From Octopus sinensis (taxonomy: Eukaryota), in contig NC_043016.1 in assembly GCF_006345805.1 (NCBI RefSeq), positions 9,672,001 to 9,736,000 of the forward strand: 64,000 bases of DNA. Reading direction: 5' to 3'. Shown here one piece after another: positions 38,033-50,536 of this stretch (its first letter is position 1; the number at the start of each line of letters is the position of its first letter). The translations under genes were made by a program, and so were the position numbers. The notes under the pieces are model-generated. The model was given only the letters and a program-made list of their open reading frames with translations. It was not told the origin of the DNA and did not search any database.

Positions 38033-38444
38033 TAGTTATCGCCATACTAATATGGCTCCATGAGGCCATCGCCTTAAGTTAGCTATTTGATACACAAACT
38101 GTATCCATATAACTTTGAACAAGGGAGGTCAGTCGCTCCACACTACTTGACCGGCAGCTACAGACGCGTTCGGGGTATTGCCCCTTTTCAATGTAGCGTA
38201 GTCAGACCAGTAGAAGCGACACTTACTGGTCTGACTACGCTAGATTGACAAGGGCAATACCCCGAAACGCGTCTGTAGCTGCCGGTCAAGTAGTGTGGAG
38301 CGACTGACCTCCCTTGTTCGAAGGTTATATGGATACAGTTTGTGTATCAAATAGCTAACTTAAGGCGATGGCCTCATGGAGCTAATAAGCGGACAGCTTT
38401 ATTCTTATTTTTATAAGAATGCCATATTAGTATGGCGATAACTA
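38033..38444. repeat. Near-perfect palindrome of a Penelope pLTR-like sequence
   Basis: Arms 38055-38212 and 38224-38382 (about 6 differences), 11-nt spacer; outer 24-bp inverted repeat 38033-38056/38421-38444. Confidence 0.95.
38239..38279 (+). ncRNA. Minimal type-I hammerhead, U3-A8 core variant; mirror copy on minus strand at 38157-38197
   Basis: GCTAGA-TTGACAA-GGG-CAATAC-CCC-GAA-ACGCGT-C-TGTAGC; palindromic stem III and GUC triplet. Confidence 0.7.
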
Positions 38445-38554
38445 TTAATTTCCAGGAACGCTGCCGTATTCTCTTTTAGAGAGACTTAGTAATTTTAATA
38501 TTTCTATATATAAGTATATATGTATATAAGTATATATGTATATATATATAAGTA

Positions 38555-38598
<44 letters not shown>

Positions 38599-38635
38599 TA
38601 TATATATATATTATATATATATATATGCATGTATA

Positions 38636-38905
38636 TCATCATCATCATCATCATCATCATTTAGCGTCCGTTTTCCATGCTAGCATGGGTGGACGGTTCA
38701 ACTGGGGTCTGGGGAGCCCGAAGGCTGCACCAGGCCAGTCAGATCTGGCAGTGTTTCTACAGCTGGATGCCCTTCCTAACGCCAACCACTCCGAGAGTGT
38801 AGTGGGTGATTTTATGTGCCACCGACACAGGTGCCAGACGAGGCTGGCGAACGGCCACGCTCGGATGGTGTTTTTATGTGCCACCGACACAGGTGCCAGA
38901 CGAGA
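38636..38905 (-). mobile_element. RTE 3' UTR fragment
   Basis: Same family as 22572-22910. Confidence 0.85.
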
Positions 38906-39031
38906 TATATATAATTAAATTACACCATCTAGAAAATTACATATAATAGAAATATTAAAATAAAAATAACAATAAAATGTCAATGATTAAGTAAATTGCA
39001 AAAAAATAGTAAAAACGTATATAATTGGTAG

Positions 39032-39123
39032 AATAACGACACGTGTTTCGTGGCTATATTTAAGAATGATTATAGTAGTAGTAAAATCACTTCGATATAA
39101 ATATATATATAGCTACTCATGGG
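39032..39123 (-). ncRNA. Degenerate hammerhead-like motif with long stem II
   Basis: CCCATGA-GTAGCTATAT...ATATAGCCAC-GAA-ACACGTGT-C; core eroded. Confidence 0.4.
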
Positions 39124-39209
39124 AAGGGTTGAATGGTAGGGTATAGTTGGCTGTGAATAAATTTGGCATCAGTTGGCAGTTTGTTGTAGTTTGGGTTTGG
39201 TAGTGATGG

Positions 39210-39264
<55 letters not shown>

Positions 39265-39267
<3 letters not shown>

Positions 39268-39598
39268 GGTGCATGGCTCAGTGGTTAGAGTGTCAGGCTT
39301 ACGATCGTGAGGTTGTGAGCTCGAATCCCGGACTGGGCTGCGTGTTGTGTTCTTGAGCAAGACACTTTATTTCATGTTGCTCCAGTTCACTCATGTGTAG
39401 AAATGAGTTGCGATGTCACAGGTGCCAAGTTGTATCACCCTTTGCCTTTCCCTTGGATAACACTGGTGGCGTGGAGAGGGGAGGCCGGTATGCATAGGTA
39501 ACTGCTGGTCTTCCATAAACAACCTTGCCCAGACTTGTGCCTGGGAGGGTAAGTTTCTAGGTTCAATCCCATCGTCAGTGTCGTGACCAAAGGGGGTC
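39265..39598 (+). mobile_element. tRNA-derived CORE-like SINE, family B (also 55416-55682 +, 61734-62042 +, ~41478-41660 -, ~2290-2385 -)
   Basis: Head gaaggtgcatggctcagtggttagag; central gttcttgagcaagacactttatttca..gctccagttcactca.ctgtagaaatgag resembles, from memory, the MIR/CORE domain. Confidence 0.75.
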
Positions 39599-39601
39599 TC
39601 A

Positions 39602-39645
<44 letters not shown>

Positions 39646-39779
39646 TATAGTGGGGTAGGCTGGTTTATGGGGTTACCCTGGGTTTCTCCCTCATAAGAGG
39701 TTTAGCCTTACGGGATACCTTCAGACCCTAAACACTGTTCTCCCGAAGCCTCTAAGAGCCCCAACCATGGTTGCAATGC

Positions 39780-40065
39780 ATAAAAGAAGTGCTTCTCATG
39801 GTGTAATGTATAAACACTCTACATTGTCCATAAAAGAAAAAGAGTCAAACTGTTGAAAAACTTTAGCAGCGGTGTGTCTGTGAAAAGATTGTGTGTCTGT
39901 GAATTATACAATGCTGGATCTTCAACAGTTTACAACATGAAAATAAACAGAAAGACCAGTTCATTTCTTTGTTGTTAGTCAAAGAAACAATTGATTATTG
40001 ATGCTCCAGCAAAATAACTAATCCGGCACTCTCCAGGTCCTGATGATGCTGGATAATCAACATTT
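39780..40065 (+). mobile_element. pogo/Tigger transposase N-terminal (CENP-B-type HTH) remnant
   Basis: KHSTLSIKEK/VKLLKNFSSGVSVKRLC..YNAGSSTVYNMK, then atccggcactctcc..gatgctggataatc TIR-like sequence. Confidence 0.55.
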
Positions 40066-40085
40066 AACTAGAATTAGCATTTAAA

Positions 40086-40398
40086 GGAGGCGCAATGGCC
40101 CAGTGGTTAGGGCAGCGGACTCGTGGTTGGAGGATCGTGGTTTCGATTCCCAGACCGGGTGTTGTGTGTGTTTATTGAGCGAAAACACCTAAAAGGCCCA
40201 CAAGGCTCCGGCAGGGGGTGGGGGTGGCGACCTCAGTTGTACTCTTTCACCCCAACTTTCTCTCACTCTCTCTTCCTGTTTCTTGAGTAACTCTGCAATG
40301 GACCGGCATCCCATCCAGCTGGGAGGGAACACATACGCCACAGAAACCGGGAAACCGGGCCCATGAGCCTGGCTAGACTTGAAAAGGGCGCATAAAAA
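40086..40398 (+). mobile_element. Family-A SINE, tail type 3
   Basis: Flanked by the direct repeat aattagcatttaaa (TSD) within a piggyBac-like MITE. Confidence 0.85.
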
Positions 40399-41734
40399 AA
40401 TTTTAAAAATTAGCATTTAAACTGGCTATATCCAGCCCAAATATTCTCCACTTTTTATGTTTAAACTGACCAGATTCAGTCTCTCACACCAACCCTACAA
40501 TGTCATTCTAAAAGCAAGCAATCACATCATTGAAATGAGATAATGCATGATTGAATTCAAAGCAATGTGAATAAATATGTGTTACATTTGAGAGAGTAAT
40601 CTGGATGCTAAAGGGTTAAACAAAGCGAGAACTGAGATTCTTCCATTTCATCAGTTTGGACTAGTATTCTCTTTTATCAATCCCAAGAGGTCAAAATGCA
40701 AGTCAACTTTGGCCAAATTTGAACTCAGAGCTAAAAAAAAAACTAGGACAAGCACCATAGAAAAATTTTGTCCTCTGCAGTAATAACTCTGCAAATTTGA
40801 TGTCTGGAGTTTGCTGAAAAAAAGAAAAGAATTTGAAACCTGAGATGTCCATTTCGTGATTTTTTTCAGTATTTTTACTTCATTGTATAAGCATTCTGTG
40901 GGTGTGGTCTGTGTGTACCCTATGATATAAATCATACTATTTTGTGTCCATCATAGTTTATTGAGGTTTGTTGCTGAGAAATTGGGAATCCAGACAGAAA
41001 AGGCATATTTCATATATTGTTTGTCGACTAATTAATCTTGTTGATATAACTATAATTTATGGCTTATTAACCTCATTTTTTAGAGGATTAATTTTATTTT
41101 TCCATTTAATATTTACACATATATTCTTTCTGAAAATATTTATTTTAAATAAAATAAAAAAAAAAAAAAGAAAAGAGAAGAATGTTTCCATCTACAAAAA
41201 ATGAGGTTAATAGCTTAATAAATTATAATGTTTTTAACATAGGTACAAGGTTAGAAATTGGGACGGTGGTGGGCGGGTGGGCGGGTGGGACTTTAGTCTG
41301 TGAAATCCACTCCATTATTTGACTGGCACTTAATTTACTGCCCCTGAAAGGATGAAAGGTAAATTTGATTTAGGTGAGATTTGAAACATAGAACATAAAT
41401 AACCGTTATTTTCTCTTGTTTGAGTCCAAAGACTTTTAGGGTCAGTTACCTGGTTTCCACAGTATGTAAGTGATTGAGATCAAAACATTTCCCCCTGGAT
41501 GGGACACTAGTCCATGTGGGGGTTACTGCATTTACAGCCCAGTGAACTGCAGCAATGTGAAATGAAGTGTTTTGCTCAAGAGCACAACACACTGTCTGAT
41601 CTGAGAATTGAGACCACAATCCTGTAATTATGTGTGCAACACCCTAACCACCACGCCATTTGCCTTCACATAGTACATGAGTGTGTGTATATATATATAT
41701 ATATATTAGGTATATATATATATATAAATATATA

Positions 41735-42425
41735 TTCTTTTATTTGTTTCAGTCATTTGACTATGGTCATGCTGGAGCACCACCTTTAGTCAAGCAAATT
41801 GACCCTGGCACTTATTCTTTGTAAGCCCAGTACTTATTCTATTGGTCTCTTTTGCCGAACTGCTAAGTGACAGGGACGTAAACACACCAGCATCAATTGT
41901 CAAGCAATGCTAGGGGGACAAACACAGACACACAAACACACACATATATATATATACATATATACGACATGTATATATATACGCACTAATACTCTCTCAT
42001 ACACACACACACACTCTTATGTTGGAGCGAGGTCATTTAACCCTATTATCTCCACTAATTTCGCTCTTGGGTCTCACGTTTGATCTTTGACTTCCGGCCG
42101 AAATCAGATCGCCATGTTGATTCGCTAGCCTCTGCACGCATTTTTTTTCTCTCCTTCTTTCTGTGTTTCTTCTCTGTGTATCTTTCTGTTGAAGAGCGTA
42201 GGCTCGAAACGTTAAAGACTTGTTTATTTATATTTCCTGAGCGCCATACTAATTACAATTGTTTGTTGTATCCCCACCTGCCTTCGTCTTTGTTTATTTC
42301 CGTAAACATGCCTCGTCTTTTGTCTATTTTCATAAAGCTTCCGTTATATATATATATATAAATATATATTCTTTTATTTGTTTCAGTCATTTGACTATGG
42401 TCATGCTGGAGCACCAGCTGAAGGT
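41735..42425 (-). mobile_element. T1 SINE 3' half (41735-41960) and tail (42365-42425)
   Basis: Homology to 63099-63330. Confidence 0.8.
42181..42218 (+). ncRNA. Minimal hammerhead motif (A6U) in a pLTR-like repeat (~42015-42345)
   Basis: Identical motif to 36704-36741. Confidence 0.6.
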
Positions 42426-42517
42426 CTTGAATTTAAACAGCTGTAAGGGATGTTTGTCCTTTTTAATCAAAAATAATAAGTCTAATTATCCTCTCTATTT
42501 TCTTATCTTATTATATA

Positions 42518-43020
42518 CTAGCAGTATCGCCGGCGTTGCTCGGGTTTGTAAGGGAAATAACTATATAGCACTTTTAGAGAGTTATTTCCCTTATAGATGC
42601 CAATTCGGGCTTTCTTAGTCATTCTGTTTTGGTGTCTTCAAGCCATGAAGTCGTTGTTCTAAAAGAACGCTGGTCTCCTTGACAACGCATTATGACGTGA
42701 TTTCTTTACACTCCCTTCCCCACAGCTCACGGGGAGGGGAGAAGGGGGAGAGCAAACAGGTGCAGCTGTGAGCGTGGACGCCAACTCCGCCGCCATCGAC
42801 ACACGAAAATTATGCATTAAAATGGAATAAAAAATGATGTTAAATTATTTTTAAAATCGTAGACTCATCGTTGACACGCGCCAATAGCCAGACAGGCTCG
42901 ATATGAATCACGACTATAAGATACCCGAATTGGTTAAACTGCACCGCAAAATGTGGGAGGAGTTAGGAATCTAAATCGAAGGGGACAGACACTCACACAA
43001 CTACATTTTATATATATAGA
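42518..43020 (-). mobile_element. Non-autonomous Helitron-like element (long subfamily)
   Basis: TC start at 43020, hairpin plus CTAG end at 42518. Confidence 0.9.
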
Positions 43021-43024
43021 TATA

Positions 43025-43526
43025 TCTATAATATAAAAACTGTAGTTGTGGGTGTCTGTCCCCTTCGATTTAGATTCCTAACTCCTCCACATTTTGCGGT
43101 GCAGTTTAACCAAATTCGGGTATCTTATAGTCGTGATTCATATCAAGCCCGTTCTGACTATTAGCGCACGTCAACGATTAGTCTCGATTTAAAAATAATT
43201 AACATCATTTTTTATTCCATTTTAATGCATAATTTTTCGTGTGTCGATGGCGGCGAGAGTTGGCGTCCACGCTCACAGCTGCACCTGTTGCTTCTCCCCC
43301 TTCCCTCCTTCGTGAAGCTGTGGGGAAGGGAGTGTTAAAGAAATCAACGTCGTAATGCGTTGTCAAGGAGACCAGCATTCTTTTAGAACAACAACTTCAT
43401 GGCTTGAAGACACCAAAAACGAAATGGCTAAGAAAGCCCGAATTGGCATCTATAAGGAAGTAACTCTCTAAAAATGCTTATATGTTATTTCCCGTACAAA
43501 CCGAGCAACGCGGGTGATACTGCTAG
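43025..43526 (+). mobile_element. Non-autonomous Helitron-like element (long subfamily), head-to-head with the previous copy
   Basis: TC start at 43025, ccgagcaacgcggg hairpin, CTAG at 43523-43526. Confidence 0.9.
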
Positions 43527-44113
43527 TATATATTATATATATATATAATATATATATATATATAATTATATATATATATATATAAATATTTTGTGAAAAA
43601 TTTGATTTAGTATTCTAAATTGAATTTTTCCCTGTAAGTTTGGAATTATATTCCCTATTATTATTATGTTGTTGTTTCTTTTTGATAGCAAAATGTGGAA
43701 CTCCACCTTCTGTGATTGCTGAAAAGTATTCAGGTTTAGGGGTATGAATAGGTAAAGGTCCTGTAAGTAAGACGAGTAAGGTTATGAAGTGAGTAGGGAG
43801 ACAAACAAATACTATACAGTTCCATGAGTGTTATCTGATTTCTGCCTATCACTAATATGTGTCCTATAGAGGAAATGATAGGACATTTTTTTCTGCTTGG
43901 AAAGGACCCTAATCTTTAGTAAGTGAACATTTTCTGTTGGCTCAATTAAATAAATTTGCATTCACTAACTGGCAAAATATTTGTTAATTCCACATACACA
44001 AACACACACACACACACACAAACATGCATACTCACACACATGCATAGCCACACATACACACATATCCAAACATACTTGCCCTCACGCCTGTTTACATACA
44101 TATTTAGATATAC

Positions 44114-44719
44114 TTGTGTGTGTGTGTGTGCGTGTGTGTGTGTGCGTGCGTGCGTGTGTGTGTGTGCATGTGTGCATGTGTGCATGTGCGTATGTGTGTG
44201 CGTGTGTGTGTGTGTGCGTGTGTGTGTGCGTGTGTGTGTGCGTGTGTGTGTATGTGTGTACGTGTACGTGTGTGTGTGCGCATGTGTGTGCATGTGTGTG
44301 TGTGTGCGCATGTGTGCGTGTGTGTGTGTGTGTGCGTGTGTGCGTGTGTGTGCGTGTGTGTGTGCGTGCGTGTGCGTGTGCGTGTGTGTGTGCGTGTGTA
44401 TGTGTGTATGTGTGTGTTGTGTGTGATGTGATTTATCTATGTGAGTGCAACTGTGTGCAACCTTATTCTACCCGAGAAAAAATTATTCTCAAAATGCAAG
44501 ACTAAGCACTTTCGCCTTTACCAAACATCCTCCTCCTTCCGTTCCCCACTCATTACCATTTTTTTTCCTCTCTGGTTCCATAGAATATTGTGTCTTATCA
44601 AAGATAGCCTGTCAAAGATGGTATTTCTTTCAATGTCTTCTCGAGGCTAATATAATTGATCTATTATCCACGACGACAGAAACAGACACCCAGTATGAAT
44701 GAATGTGTATGTGTGTGTG

Positions 44720-44762
<43 letters not shown>

Positions 44763-45410
44763 TGTGTGCGTGTGCATATGTATGTATGTGTGTGTATGCA
44801 TGTTTGTATGTATGAATGCATGTAGGTGTGTGAGTGTGTATGTACGTGTGTGTGCGTATGTGTGTATGAATGCATGTCGGGTATGCATGGATGTGTGTAT
44901 ATGTGTGTGTGAATGTATGTATGTGCGTATGTATGTGTATGTATGTATGTGTGTGTGTGTGTACATATGTATGTACATATGTGTGTGTATGTATGTATGA
45001 ATGCATGTATGTATCTATGGGTGTATGTGTGTATGTGCGTATGCATGTATGTGTGTATGTATGAATGAATGCATGTATGTATATATAATGTATGCTTGTA
45101 TGTGTGTATATGTATGTATGTATGTGTGTGTATGTATGTGTGTGTGCATGTATGTGTATATGTGTGTGTATGTATGTATGTGTGTGTAAGTATATATAAA
45201 TGTATGTATGTATATATGCATGTGTGCATGTATGTATGCATGTATGTATGCATGTATGTATATGTGCACATATACACTCACACACCACACATACATACAC
45301 GCACATGCATACACACATACACATATATATTAATATTTGTGTGTGTGTATGTGTGTCTGTATGTGTATATATATATATATACATATTATATGTATACACA
45401 CACACATGTA
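44114..45410. repeat. (TG/CG)n and (TATG/TG)n microsatellite tracts (44114-44430, 44700-45410)
   Basis: Seen directly. Confidence 0.95.
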
Positions 45411-45626
45411 TTTATGCTTTTTCCTAAACCCCACACACAGCACCATCAACACCCCTGCTGTGTCTGTTGACCTTCCTTGCTTCTGGCAAACGCTTTCCAC
45501 AAAGCTGATTATTCTACAGTTATTTTTAAAATGTCATTTGACACACACACACACACACAACATCTCTTATAATCCAAGTTTTTTTTCATTTTTTTAAAAC
45601 AGGTCTCTCTCCCTTTCTCCCCCCCT

Positions 45627-45662
<36 letters not shown>

Positions 45663-45815
45663 CCTTAACTGATGTGAACACCAAATCTCTTTTTCTCTTC
45701 TTTCCTTCTCAAAGTCCTTTACGTATGTTTTATATCAGCTCAACTTCCTCTTGTGTGTGTGTGTGTGTGTGTCTGTTTTCACTTTACTCTCAATTCTTTA
45801 AAGAAATTTAAAGAC

Positions 45816-45874
<59 letters not shown>

Positions 45875-46399
45875 TAGACAGACAGAAACAGACAGAGAAA
45901 AGAAACAGACAGACAGACAGAGAAACAGATAGAAAGCAAGAAAGAGTGATGTTTTGTGGTCAAAGGACTTACTAGAAATAAAAGTCATGGTCTCTCTAAA
46001 ATAATATTGTACTGTCTTTGAAATGGCTGGATACATTGGACAATGTGGTAATAGATACATAACATAGTATAGCTTTGGCAGATGTGCCATTGATTATGTT
46101 CGGGCTAATCCAAATCTGGTCAGTTAGGGCTTATTCGGGACTAGACAATGACCAGGGGGATATCTCAATAGATATCATAGGTCTCTTGGACTATAAGCAG
46201 TGCCCTGAGACTTGCAGCATTTATTTATTGATATTAAGACACAAGAGTGATAATCTGTGAACCCCTAGACTCATGGGCCCTAATACTGGGATATGAGGAC
46301 TATAGGGGAGCCCATGACTTAATCCTTTAGTGTTCAGATTACTCAGTCGAATGTAATGCTTATTTATTCACATTGTAGCTTAGAGATTTCAATGATTTA

Positions 46400-46576
46400 C
46401 TGAATTTTAACATGTATAAGGAACCCTTTTTTGTCAAAAATTAGGTTAAAAATTATGAGAGTTTCTTATACATGGATAGTATTATAATCCCTTACAAAAG
46501 CTTTTTCCAAATTTTAAGCCCGTAAAATTAGGGGATTCCTTATACACGAGGGTTCCTTATACATGTTAAAATATGG
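46400..46576. mobile_element. Tc1/pogo-like MITE
   Basis: TA TSD; TIR c..attttaacatgtataagg / ccttatacatgttaaaatatgg. Confidence 0.8.
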
Positions 46577-47664
46577 TAATTGTTTCTTTCAGAATGACAT
46601 TGTAGGCTAAATGTAAGAGGTTGGATCTGGTCAGTTTGAACATAAAACTGGTAGAATATTTGGACTGGATGGAGCTAGTTTAAATGCTAAAGAGTTAAGT
46701 GATAATTTGTTTCCTGATGGTCTTTGACAATCGAATCTGGATGATTTACATTAACACCTTTAAGCATTCAGATTATCTTATCAAATCTAATCCTTATTCA
46801 TCCACATTGTTTGAATTAATCAAGCATTATCTCATAGCTTTGAGATTGCAATGATGGGATTGTTTATCTTTAGAACGACATTGTAGGGTAGGTGTGAGAG
46901 GTCAGATCTAGCCAGTTTGAACATAATAAAAGGTAGAGTATTTAAGCCAGATATTACTGGTTTGTGCTGAAGGGTTAAGGTGCTCATTAAATGTGTACAG
47001 TCATGAAATAAACCACGAGACTATTGTTTTTCTATCAACCCCTTTAGTTCTTAGATTAATTAATTAATCTATCAAATATAAAGCTTATTTTATTCACATT
47101 GTTTTCAATTAATCATGCATTATTCTCATAGCTTTGAGATTTCGATGAGTTAATTATTTAGTTTTAGAATGACATTGTAGGGTAGGTGTGAGAGGATGGA
47201 TCTGGTCAGTTTGAATAAAAAGCAGGGAGAATATTTGGCCCTGATATGGTCAATTTGAATGCTAAAGGGTTAAGCGATATTTCATTTATGATGGTCTTTG
47301 AAGAATCATTCCTAGATGATTTGCAAAAATTCTTTAGCATTCAGATTTATCTGTCAAATATGATGCCATGGTTTTGAAACTAATCATTTGTTATCTTGTA
47401 GCTTTGAGATTTCATTGAGGCAATTGTTAATTTTTAGAATGACATTTTAGGATATGTGTGAGGGGCTTGATCTGGTCAGTTTAAGCAAAACATTGGTAGA
47501 ATATTTGGCCTGGATATGACCAGTGTAGATGTTTAAGGAGTGTAAGTGATATTTCTTTTCTTGATGGTCATTGACAATCAAATCTGGATGAGTTGCATTA
47601 ACTCTTTACCATTCAGATTACTCTGTCAAACGTATTCCTTATTTATTCACTTTGTTTTTGCATT

Positions 47665-48042
47665 GGAGGCGCAATGGCCCAGTGGTTAGGGCAGCGGACT
47701 CGCGGTCATAGGATCGGAGTTTCGATTCCCAGACCGGCGTTGCGAGTGTTATTGAGCGAAAACACCTAAAAGCTCCATGAGGTTTGGCAGGGGGGGGATG
47801 GTGGTGATCCTGCTGTACTCTTTCACCACAACTTTCTCTCACTCTTACTTCCTGTTTCTGTTTACCTGTACTTCAAAGGGCCGGCTTTGTCACTCTCTGT
47901 GTCACGCTGAATATCCCTGAGAACTACGTTAAGGGTACATGTGTCTGCGGAGTGCTCAGCCACTTACATGTTAATTTCACGAGCAGGCTGTTCCGTTGAT
48001 TCGGATCAACTGGAACCCTCGTCGTCGTAACCGACGGAGTGC
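47665..48042 (+). mobile_element. Family-A SINE, tail type 4, full length
   Basis: TSD-like tgtttttg(c/t)att on both sides. Confidence 0.9.
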
Positions 48043-48539
48043 TTCCCCTGTTTTTGTATTGACCATGCATTACTTGGCAACTTTTATATTTCAATGAAAT
48101 CATTGTTTATTTTTGGAATGGAATTATAGGATAGGTAAGAGAGGCAGGATCAGGCTTGTTCAAACATAAAACAAGTTGAATATTTGGTGTTGGCTAACAG
48201 CCAGTTTAAATGCTAAACGGTTAAAGGACAAAACCAGCAGCAGCAGTAGTAGCAGTAGCAGCAGCAACAATAACAACAACGAGTCTCACTGTCTGAGCCA
48301 AACTATGATCAAAAATATTCCATCCATGACCATCTGTTTTGTTTTTATTTTTATCTTGATGTGCAGGAAGCCCAGGATCATATTACTTGATGTGACATTT
48401 CCTAAAGAAAAAAGGGATGTTATTTGAGAAAGATTTGGCTGTTATTTCTGCCAGGTCAAGCAAATATATACATACATACATACGTAACTCTGATAAGATG
48501 AAATGTTTCTAATTTTAATTTTTGATGTGGTTGTGTTGT

Positions 48540-49180
48540 TAAGATGATTCTTTCCCAACCACGTGGTCTTGGGTTCAGTCCCACTGCATGACTCCTTAGG
48601 CAAGTATCGTCCACTATAGAACTGTGCTGAGCAAAGTCTTATGAGTGGATTTGGCAGATGGAAACTGAAAGTAGCTTGTCATTTGAGTCTGTGTGTGTGT
48701 GTTCATGCATACATATTTACACACACATACATATACATACAAACACACACACACACACACACATATATATACATATACACACACACATATATATATATAC
48801 AGTATACAGTAATGTTATACAGTAGCAGCATGATAAAGGATGGTTTGTTGCCAACTTAATGTGGAAGTCCCAGGAAAGGGAAGAATGCTACTACTATTTT
48901 GCTCCATCCAGCCCTATGCATGCCTATGTGTGTGTGTGTGTGTGCGTGCATGCGTGTGTGTGTGTCTGTTTGTGTTTGTTCCCCTCACTACTTGACAACC
49001 AGTGTTGGTTTGTTTACATCCCCATGACATAGCAGTTTAGCAAAAAAGGGGCCACTAAAATAAGTACCATTACTTAAAAAAATATATATACCAGTGTCAA
49101 TTTGTTTGACTAAAACCCTTCAAGGTGGTGGCCCAGCATGGCCACAGTCCAAAGACTGAAAATTGTAAAAGATGAAAGAT
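48540..49180 (+). mobile_element. T1 SINE split by microsatellite expansion
   Basis: Head/CORE-like part at 48540-48690; tail at 48930-49180. Confidence 0.65.
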
Positions 49181-49398
49181 GGAAAATTTTCTGGGAAACG
49201 AATAAAAAACACAAAAGGGCATTTAGAGTCTCAAAGAATGCCTTGTTTTGCTTTCAGTGACAGTCCCACATTCTTTTGGGACTTACATAAGTATTATATA
49301 ATCCTTAAATATAAAATATTTAAGGATTTTCCTTTTCATCGTGTGTTGTGCCTTGGGAGAGTCATTATGCCAATAACAAACAGATGCATATATGTGGG

Positions 49399-49640
<242 letters not shown>

Positions 49641-50155
49641 AAGATATCTGTCTATCTATCTATACATACATACATACATACATATATACATACATACATA
49701 CATACATGCACAAATATACATGCATATTTAACAAATATATTTAGAAAAATTTTAAAGATGATGATGATGATGATGGTGGTGATTATTATTATTATTATTA
49801 TTATTACTATTATTATTATGGTGGTGGTGTTGATGATGATGTGGATGATGATGATGGAGGAGGAGGAGGAGAAGGTGGTGGTGGTGATGGTGATGGTGGA
49901 GGTGATTATTATTATTATTATTATTATGATAGTGATGATGATGTGGATGATGATGATGATGATGACGGAGGGGGAGAAGGTGGTGGTGGTGATGGTGATG
50001 ATGATGATGATGGCTATAATATAATTAAAATTCTTTCCATTCAACTTAAAACCCCCACTGTTCTCTCAACTTATTTCCGTCATGTTCCCTGTTTATTGCC
50101 ATTTCCACAACCAAGCAATTACTTGGTTGTTGTTGTTGTTGTTGTTGATATTATT

Positions 50156-50200
<45 letters not shown>

Positions 50201-50366
50201 TCATCGAATCCATCATCACTAAAGCGATGGAACACCAGAATCATTAGAGTATCAGGAAAAATGCCTTGTGGTATTTGTTTTTTTTTGTGCTTTACATTCC
50301 AATATCAAATCTTGCTGAAGTCAGCTTATCCTTTCATCCCTCCAAGGTTGATAGAATAAAGTACGA

Positions 50367-50486
50367 GTAGGCGCAGGAGTGGCACCTTGGGCAAGTGTAT
50401 TCTACTATAGCCTCAAGCCAACCAAAGCCTTGTGAGTAGATTTGGTAGCCGGAAACTGAAAGAAGCCCGTCATATATATGTATATG

Positions 50487-50536
<50 letters not shown>

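Larger units (their letters stand above)
46319..48224 (+). repeat. Tandem array of five piggyBac-like MITE units with a shared spacer
   Basis: Units start near 46319, 46751, 47036, 47330 and 47598; spacer gtgatatt..tgatggtc.ttga.aatc...gatga.tt.ca recurs three times. Confidence 0.8.

Noticed and set aside
47665-47740. tRNA gene (also other SINE heads)
   Set aside because: Continues directly into a SINE body and has no proper acceptor stem; tRNA-derived, not a tRNA.
46319-48224. CRISPR-like array
   Set aside because: Eukaryotic DNA; units are ~280-bp MITE-derived repeats with a repeated spacer, and no cas genes are present.
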